From Lingula anatina (lineage: Eukaryota; Animalia; Brachiopoda): DNA of 64,000 bases. Numbering within the stretch: position 1 is the first letter of the stretch; each line of letters starts with the position of its first letter. Below, piece after piece: positions 54,706-64,000 of this stretch. The notes under the pieces are model-generated. The model was not told the DNA's origin. It saw only the letters and a program-made list of their open reading frames with translations, and made no database searches. Location of the stretch: positions 4,216,001-4,280,000 of the forward strand of contig CM120646.1 in NCBI GenBank assembly GCA_051362555.1, read 5' to 3'. Both the position numbers and the translations under genes were made by a program.

Positions 54706-55720
54706 ACAGGGCATTTGTAATGCTAACACTACAAACAGGGTATTTAAATGAACTTCCTTCTAAAAAAATCTGAAAGTCGTTCTAATAAATGGTTTTCGGT
54801 GAAAAGTATTAACAACTCACAAGCAAGGGGACTTGTTGTTATACATGAATCCCGTTTTACTACATGTAAAGCTTGGTCTTAACTTTAAGATCGCCATTAT
54901 AGTCTACTTTAACACAAGATAAATCATTGGCAGGCCAATGGCCTGAACTATTGGTTCTGTTTTGTATCAGGAAAGACGCGGTGAATGTTTCAGACCAATG
55001 TTTTATTTGAGTGAGCTTCTGTGCATGGGTTTATCATGAACTTATGCAGACATGATTTTTTGGTTTAACCATTTATATCGATTTGAGCTTGCAATTCTAA
55101 TGTAAAACCGACATGCATACTTGATGCATAGGCCTACTCCAGCTTTCGCCAGGTGCACATAATTAATCATTATTGTTCAGTCTCATCCAAAAACGCGTTT
55201 TAATATCGAGCTCGAGGATAGGCCGTAGTATTTTGTCTAGATTTTAAACAACAAAATAATTTTCTTGTACACTGTAGTGCTTTCTTTTGACGTGACAACA
55301 TCCGGACACACTAACGTTCAAGCAGGATCACAAACCACGTTGACATGTCAGTGGACAACACCAGCTGGGGTTGATCTTCTTATAGTAAACTGGAGACAGG
55401 GTTCTACAGTGATAGCAACTGCCGCAACACCTTACTTTACACCACAATATCCAGAAGCAAGTATAAGAGACCGTGTGGCACTGGGCACTCTCACCTCCGC
55501 AAGTACCAGTACATCAATAACATTAACAGGATTACAGTGTCCAGGTGATATAGCAGAGTATTCATGTGATGTTACTACGTACTACAAGACGCACTATGCA
55601 CTACAAGACGATAGTGGAACAGCAAGTTTCAGTGTTGATCTATTTAGTAAGTGCAAAATAGAAACGTTTTCATTTCTAATTCCTCAAGGTTTGAAGTAAA
55701 TTAAATTGGTATTGATTATC
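49900..55720 (+). repeat. Segmental duplicate of about 14690-23640 (minus the Tc1 insertion)
   Basis: Near-identical non-coding sequence including both leaders, the hairpin and the poly-A tract. Confidence 0.9.
52164..52227 (+). CDS. Extra (distal) leader exon upstream of copy F
   Basis: Duplicate of 20095-20158. Confidence 0.6.
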
Positions 55721-58700
55721 CGTTTTATAATTATTTTAAGATTTTTTTGCAAGAAAAATTACTCATGAGCGTATCGAAGTATGCTCTGTTTGATTTACAT
55801 TTCATTTTTGTGAAACTTGAATGACTGAAAGTTGGTTAAAATAATTTCTACATGTATTTACAATGTATACGCCTAGGTGCTGTTCATTATGGTAAAATAA
55901 TAACTTATTCTCTAGATTTCTTGGGAAATAATATCACAATCACATCCTCGTCAAGTCAGTTACAAGCAGGACAGCATGCCTCCCTGACTTGTACAGCCAA
56001 TAATATCGGGCGACCACCAGGCATCATGAAGTGGTACAAACGTGATCAAGAAATCGCCACTGGATTTACTCAGCTGACAAGTATCAATAGTGATGGTTGT
56101 ACCTATAATGGGCTTAGTAGTCTCAGTATTTCACCGACATCCCAGGATGATAGAGTTATGTATACATGTGTTGTTGAGCCAAACTCCACAGTGACTGGAG
56201 ACTCCAGAAAGCAAGGAAGGTATACACTGGATGTACAATGTAAGGATTCAATCCCGTCTTTAAATTTGTGTTTAAACTGCAATTTTATATTTATACACAT
56301 TTTGATTGTCATTTCATCTGTGTTACCCACGCAAGACTTACATTACACATTGTTTATCATCTTTCCTTTGATTTATTATTATTTGTTACATCTTTGCTAG
56401 ATTTTTGTTTTGTGAAACTGTATATCTTATATTATGCGAACATTTATTTCTTTTCTGTCCACATTTTTAAATATCAATATATTGCATTTTTCAGACCCAG
56501 TGCCACAGGGGCCAACGGTGACATCATCCACTGGTACATGGACAGTTGAGCAGGGAACAACTTTTACTCTCAACTGTCAGGCAAGCGGTAATCCAAGTCC
56601 AAGCTATGTGTGGACCAGTCCAGATAATACCAACTTTACTGGCTCTCAGCTTATGCTGACACTGTCCTCTACTGGAGAATATTTGTATACTTGCTTTGCC
56701 ACCAACAGTTTGACGACAACACCATTGCCAACACGTGTGACAGTGACAGTACAAGGTAGGTGCTATATATCAAAATTCAAATCATAGAATTTAGACTTCT
56801 GATGCAGAATGAAGTGACTGAGAATATTATTGAGATCACTTAAGACCCATTTCCATCGCGAGGGGGTTTCCCTGCGACGGTCGCCGAAAGGTCGCCAAAA
56901 ATCGTTCATAAGGCTGTATGATTGAACATATTGGGTTTGCTTTGTCACAAGAAAGATCTTATTTCAGACCAATAGTTTATTCAACTGAATTACTATGGAT
57001 TTATCCTTTAACTTTTGTGGTTCAAATTTTGGTCTTAAAACTTAATTTTTAGCCTGGTGTTTCTTTGTGAAACCCGACCGTGATTTCTAGCTTGGACCCA
57101 TTTCATAGTTTCTAGTAAGCTTTCCATACCCCCGAACATAAAATAAGGCCACGAACAGCACACGTAAATCATGTTTATTAAGTTGTTACATTTTTATGAT
57201 TAGTAAGAGGTGGTCAAAAACATGCCCACCTGATAGGCCTATTCACGTCCATTTATAAATTATAATTGTACGGTCGACGTCGTATCCAAGATTGCAATTG
57301 CTATTTTTATTTCAATATTGGGGGTAAGACCGTATCATTTTGTCCATATTAAAACAAACAAACAAACAAACAAAAAAATTAATTTCAGTTCTTTCGCTTG
57401 ATGTGACAATATCTGGACAGACTTACGTCAGAGTAGGATCACAAACCACGTTGACATGTCAGTGGACACCACCAGCTGGAAAAAATCTTCTAAGAGTAAA
57501 CTGGAGACAAGGACCTTCAATAATAGTATCTGCTATCACACCTACCTATACACCAGAGAATGGTGCGGCAAGTATAAAGGATCGTGCAACACTGGGCACT
57601 CTAACCTCCTCCAGTACCAGTACATCAATAACATTAACAGGATTACAGTGTCCAGGTGATATAGCAGAGTATTCATGTGAGGTGCAGACTACTGCAGTAG
57701 ATGACAGTAGAGGAACCGCAAGTCTCAACGTGAATCTATTTGGTAAGTGTTGTATAAAATATAATTTTTTAGCATGAAAGCACGTGATAGCATAAAATAG
57801 TGTCAGACGTACATGAACGCTAAGCTTTTTGATTCCATTCATACGGTTCAAATGTCATATTTGGAAAATAACATATTTCAGTGAATGATACATGTATATT
57901 GTAGTAACAGTAAGTACTTGTACATGTAGTATGCATGATGTTTCGTTTTGTAAATTCTGAACGATAGAAAAAGTAACTACCTAAATAAATTTCGCTTCTC
58001 CAAATTAACTAGGTTTTGTAAAACGACTATTTTTTCAATAAAAATTTGACCACCAAAATGATTTATAATTGACATGATTTTGATGCCATTTAGATGGACT
58101 TGAAGGTTATTTTGGAAAAGAAGGTTTGAATGATATACATGTATTATGCATATTTCAAAATATTTTAAGAATTATGAATGTATCTGTTCGTTTGTAATAA
58201 TTGACTCTTCTAACATTGAAAACCGAATGGTTTTTATCTCTCTTAAACTCGCTGCAGAGTTCCTTGGAAACAACATCACAATCAAATCCTCACCGAGTCA
58301 GCTACAAGCAGGCCAGCATGCTTCCCTGACTTGTACAGCAAGTAATATTGGGCGACCACCAGGCATCATGAAGTGGTACAAACGTGATCAAGAAATCGCC
58401 ACTGGATTTACTCAGCTGACAAGTATCAATAGTGATGGTTGTACCTATAATGGGCTTAGTAGTCTCAGTATTTCACCGACATCCCAGGATGATAGAGTTA
58501 TGTATAAGTGTGTTGTTGAGCCAAACTCTACAGTGACTGGAGACTCCAGAAAGGAAGGAAGGTATACACTGGATGTACAATGTAAGGATTCTATCCCGTC
58601 TTTAAATTTGTGTTTAAACTGCTATTTTATATTTATACACATTTTGATTGTCATTTCATATGCGTTACCCACGCAAGACTTACATTACACATTGTTTATC

Positions 58701-60674
58701 ATCTTTCCTTTGATTTATTATTATTTATTACATCTTTGCTAGGTTTTTTGTTTTGTGAAACTGTGTATCTTATATTATGCGAACATTTATTTCTTTTCTG
58801 TCCACATTTTTAAATATCAATATATTGCATATTTCAGACCCAGTGCCACAGGGGCCAACGGTGACATCATCCACTGGTACATTTACAGTTGAGCAGGGAA
58901 CAACTTTTACTCTCAACTGTCAGGCAAGCGGTAATCCAAGTCCAAGCTATGTGTGGACCAGTCCAGATAATACCAACACCACTGGCCCTCAGCTTGTGCT
59001 GACACTGTCCACTACTGGAACTTATGTGTATACTTGCTTTGCCACCAACAGTTTGACGACAACACCATTGCCAACACCTGTCAAAGTGACAGTACAAGGT
59101 AGGTGCTATAACAAAATTCGAAACATGGAAAAGTTGGCCACGCTGTATGAAATTTCTCCAGATTTTTGTTAGTGGTATTTGTATTTAAGGGGTTCCAAGG
59201 TATCCCTATTGCTGCTATCTCCATCTGTTGCATTGAGAGATAAAACACAAAGCAGAGCAAAGATAAGCCTTATTACCAGACATCCAGGCAAGGTCTTCCC
59301 ACCCAGTCACCAAGGTCATCAGTGCTCTTCGTCCCGTGTGGGACATAAGGTCTTCCCAGTCACCAAGGTGCTCATACCTTAATCACACCATGAAATGTTC
59401 CACAATTTAAAAAAAAATGTGAAACGAGTGAAATCCACGACCCCCATGTAAGTCTAAAATTGCATGGTAACAATTGTCTAAACGGTTGCGGACAGGACAT
59501 ACCTTTTTTATTAAGGGAAAAGTGCTGAAATTTCCTTTCCTTTTTAAAGTGCAAATGTTATGATTTAGTGACAAACATGACTTAGTCAAAAATGGAAGGC
59601 GTTTGTTTTATTAAACTTACAGCCAGTTGATCCAATTTCTTGTTGTCCTATGCTTGACAGAGAAAATTACTACAACAACAACAACATCCACGACAACATC
59701 AAGGACAACATCAACGACACCAGTAGTAGTAGCATCGTCAGCAACTGACACACTTACAGGAGGCGAGGTTCTACATAGCTCAGGTAATTGGCTAGGCTGA
59801 ATGGAAATATGTGTTTAATCTTTGACCCCAAATATAGCGGATCAAATATTTTAAAACGTATCTGGAGTACTTAGATGCAAAATGTTATTTCCGTTGTGTT
59901 GTTCAATTTGATGTTGTTTTGCGTCAATGTGCCTTTTTATTTTAAAATTTTGCATCTCTTAGGCGTGTTGGCTGGCGCAGTTGTCGCATCGGTGATAATA
60001 ACACTTGTAGTCGCGGTTGCTTTATTTGTCCTGTATCATGTGAGTAGAAAAAATTTACAGTTATGTTTTTATTTCACTTTAGTCTTCTGGTAAGAAATTA
60101 CATTAGTTATTGTATGGTGATTCAAAAGTTAAAGTTTCATTAATGCTATCTTTTAAAATAGGCTATATTGAAGAGAAGATAAATAAATAACAGGGTAGTG
60201 TGAACATTTTGTTATGCACTGGATGTACATTGTACATGTGTCACTGACGTTTTCCTTTTGTAGAGAGGAATTCTGCATAGATTTTGGAAGAATAGACAAT
60301 CTGCAGACACAGTTGAAGTGGATGTTACGGAAGGCAACAATGAATACGCCGTGCTAGAAAGAAAACCAGATGTTAATGAGGTATATTAGATAGAATCTTA
60401 ACTTTGTATTACTAAACCAAAAAAATTGAATTCATCTGGTCTTTTGCTCACTGTCCTATTGTTGGACTTCTGACTTTTATTGGATGGAGAAATACATGGG
60501 ATATATTTGGGTCTTTTATTATTTGATACATGAAGTAAGCTGCCATGAAACACCTCCCGTCTTGCAAAAATATTTTACTTTTTATACACACGTTTATTTC
60601 AGCCGGATCACACTTACGCAGCACTTCATGAACAAGGAAGGATGACGTCATTCAATACTCCACCAAGAAAATGA
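52892..60674 (+). CDS. IgSF receptor F+G: predicted six-Ig (V-C-I-V-C-I) type I membrane protein, about 781 aa, ITAM-like tail
   Basis: Exons 52892-52955, 55278-55646, 55916-56239, 56495-56755, 57389-57742, 58258-58581, 58838-59098, 59661-59783, 59963-60039, 60264-60380 and 60603-60674. All open and phase-compatible. No TM or leader in 56756-57388. Confidence 0.75.
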
Positions 60675-62743
60675 GGAGAAGTGCGCAGGACAGTAAACGA
60701 ACGCAACATCCACATGATCTTCACTGGGCCAAAGAACGTCAATTCCTCCGCCGGACAACGAACAGAATTTGAAAGAAAAATAATTTGTCAGATTTCAAAA
60801 TGCTGATGGTAACAGCTGACATTTAAACGTTGTCCAATCTGTCAAAACTACCAAACTAACAATAGATTGCCAGCTATCACACGCCAGTATTTTGATATTG
60901 ATTTTGTCGAAAAGTAGAGCTGTTTATACAAGCTGAAACTTAAAATTGTCCTGGTCCGACGTCTATTCAGTCAAAATAATTTCAAAGTCTGTCTGTTCAT
61001 AATTTGTGTGAGATAGAAATTGTATTTTTTTTTAATTAGTATGTGGTAAAACAGCTGTAGGTATTACCACTCACATTTAAGCGCATAAATACTCGCTTTC
61101 GCTTTCATGTTGTTATTTCATGATATTACTGAGGTTATATTAAACAAAAATAGTCCCAAGTAAACTACGGTGAAAAGGGCACAATGAGAGGGCACAGCCT
61201 CTGTGATGTTGTGAAGCTTAAACTTTTGACAGAATTTTAAAAAGCTTGTATAGGCAGTATTATCATTATAGATGGCATCGCAGTGCCCTCACGGGAACTT
61301 GCAGTGATCATGTTAATGGACTGGTTGAACTTGTTGGTTTCTTTTCCTTCCATCTTTGCTTGTTTTAGGGAGGGGGGGGCATAACAATAGTTAAGATGCT
61401 TAAAATTTAGTGGAGTTCAAATTTCTTATTCTGAATGAATGAAAAACTGTAGTGGGCTGTACCAACAAAGCATCGATCGCACGGAAGGCAGCTGCATTGA
61501 GGCTGAATAGAAAGGGTTCCGAACGATCACTTTTCAACCGATAAACTGATATTTTTCCTACATGACCTACACGGCAAGTGTATTTTAGGCTTTTCCTGCT
61601 ATCTACAGGTAGCATCTCAGTTGATTCAATGATCCAGAAATAAAACTTGGCATGAATCTCTTCTATCTGTCAGATTTGTGTTTACTCCATCTAAACTTAT
61701 GTCCTTATCTTTGGTAAGGACATTTCTTGTATATCCTGACAATGAAGTCCTGCTTTTCATAATAAATGCTTATATCTTGGGAAAGAAGCTGGACTTTATA
61801 AGCTTCGCAATAAATATGTATTTCTTCGCAGATGTCCTGTGCTTTTAAGGGTTTTAAGAAGTTCAGCAGTGAGAAAACGATAATGAAGAATGGCCACATC
61901 AAGTTCGAGAAATGCAAATATCTACGATTCGCAACAAAGTGAAATATTTATTTGTAAAGTATTTTTTCGTGCTGTTTAAAAGACAAGTTCACAGAAATTA
62001 GCACATTTTTTATTTTCAAGCAATATAACACACTTTCAAATGGTCCGTTTTTCTCGTAGTGACTAAGTGAAATTTTAGCACAAAATTTAGTCCAATACTT
62101 GGTTGTGAATTACAATCTGGTGCCAGCAATATTGGTTTTAATATTGGTTTAGGAGACACGTGCCCTAAATTACGTTCCATTTAACATTGCTAATTCTTCT
62201 ATGATATTTCTTCTCTTTAAAGTTTTTTCGTCAAATTGCACATCAAACAGATAAAAAACATGAAAGGAAACGTACATCTCGTCAAATGACTTCACAGTGA
62301 GTATGGCTGAGGGAATTTCTTGTGACGATATCTAACTTTGTTTTAGGTTTTCTCGGATTCTTTCTAGTACAGCAAATTAAAAACCGGACTGGTGTTATAT
62401 ACAAGGGGATATACAAATCGACTTTTTAAAATATGCCAATTTGTGGGAAATCAAAAATTCACAAACGAAGACATAACTTTGTGAAAAACATCCATCCCAG
62501 CTGATTTGCGAACTTGATGTGTATTGTGAGTTTGAGAACATTTACGTTGATATCAACACAGTTCTATTTCACTGTCCTAAATTACCTTCACCAAAAGTCA
62601 CAAAGATAAGCTCAGTGTGATACTTGACCTCCTCATGTCAAACCTTGTCGAAGTTTTCTGAACAAGCACGCTGTTGTTATTTAACTGGGTAAACACGGAA
62701 GTAATTCAGCTCGGGGACAAAGTTGAGGTCAGCAGCGTTCAAA

Positions 62744-64000
62744 ATGGGCGACAAACTGCGGGCACTGTGGGTTTACCTGGTTTGCTGCCACCAGGGTAAG
62801 ATTTACATGGGATTTATGAGTTAGATAAGTTAGCTGCACTAAAAACACTACTGGAAGCAAACAGAAGCTACTTATGCCAAGTATTCCAAGGTGCAGTTTA
62901 CACAGAGATACAGCTGCGAAGACTATCGAGATCATTTGGAGACCTCTTTCCAGCTCCTAATCAATTGAGGACCACTTTCTAGTGAGAAGGGGACTACCCA
63001 CGACGTACACTGGACTCTCTCTGAGAGTCGTGTGGTAGGAATGGAAGTCCGGGCTCCCATATGATCAGTATAGTATAGGTTACGGTTAGTCGGTGTATTA
63101 GAGTAAGTATATGGGACGGGTGTTACTTGTACAATATAATGGTGAACGGACTGCGATACCTAGCGGACAACCATTCCTGCCACAACGGTCGCATCCGAGA
63201 TTGCGTTTGCTATTTTTTCTTAATATCGGGTAGATCGTGTTGATTTGTTGATGTTTCAAAATATAAAATAAATTCTCTTTCAGTTCTTACGTTTGACGTG
63301 ACAAAATCTGGACAGACGTATATCAGAGCAGGATCACAGACCACGTTGACATGTCAGTGGACACCACCAGCTGGAATTGGTCCTTTGAGAGTAAACTGGA
63401 GACAAGGTTCTACAATAATAGCAACTGCTGTCTTACCCAGCTTTACACCACAGTATCCTGACACAAGTGTAAAGGACCGTGTAACACTGGGCACTCTAAC
63501 CTCTACAAGTACCAGTACATCAATAACATTAACAAGATTACAGTGTCCAAATGATATAGCTGTGTATACCTGTGATATCACAACTGATGCACTACAAGAC
63601 GACAGTGGAACAGCAAGTTTCAACGTTAATCTATTTTGTAAGTGTTATGTAAAATATATCACGTTTACATGTATAATTATTTAGCGTGATCACATGTGAT
63701 ACTCCGGTAGCATAAAATAATGTCAGCCGTACATGAACGATAAGCTTTTTGATTCCATTTATACGGTTTTAATATCATATTTGGAAAATAAGTTAACATA
63801 TTTCAGTGAATGATTCATGTATATTGTAGTAACGGGATGTAGAATGCTTGATGTTTTGTTTCGTAAATTCAGAACGATTGGTAAAGTGCCTTTTGAAAGT
63901 AAGTAACTTAATTTATTTTGCTATTCCAAATTAACAAGGTTTTGTAAAACGATTTTTTTTCTAAAGTTTTCATTGGAAACGACATCGTGATCATATCCTC
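62744..64000 (+). CDS. IgSF receptor copy H (5' part; continues beyond the window)
   Basis: Leader 62744-62795 (12-nt in-frame deletion, MGDKLRALWVYLVCCHQ), V exon 63284-63637, and a C exon starting at 63967. Confidence 0.85.

Noticed and set aside
7562-63637. V(D)J-type rearranging locus
   Set aside because: Each V exon includes its own G strand, ends in a GT donor and has its own C exon. I saw no FGxG J segments. Scattered CACAGTG heptamers (for example near 15708, 21026 and 26708) lack spaced nonamers and do not flank V exons.

Overview
AT-rich, intron-containing eukaryotic DNA, most likely from an invertebrate (taxon not determinable from the window alone). The main feature is a tandem cluster of eight paralogous immunoglobulin-superfamily modules, labelled A-H. 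The ORF track shows them only as fragments, but GT-AG splicing reconstructs a common gene: leader exon, V-set exon (354 nt), C1/CD80-like C exon (324 nt), I/C2-set exon (261 nt), Thr-rich stalk, TM exon, and two cytoplasmic exons that together form YAVL-x12-YAAL, an ITAM-like motif. Copy A is on the minus strand, head-to-head with B, has its own leader and no detectable TM or tail. B and C look intact. D has lost its leader and most of V. E has a nonsense codon. F and G appear fused into one six-Ig gene. H runs off the window. Paralog differences concentrate in CDR-equivalent loops of the V domain, and the copies are recombinant mosaics, suggesting a rapidly diversifying germline immune or allorecognition receptor family. 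Inserted elements include a young full-length Gypsy LTR retrotransposon, a Tc1/mariner derivative carrying a BEN-domain ORF with two nested MITEs, a P-like TIR element, a solo LTR and several MITEs. All coordinates and alignments were read by eye.
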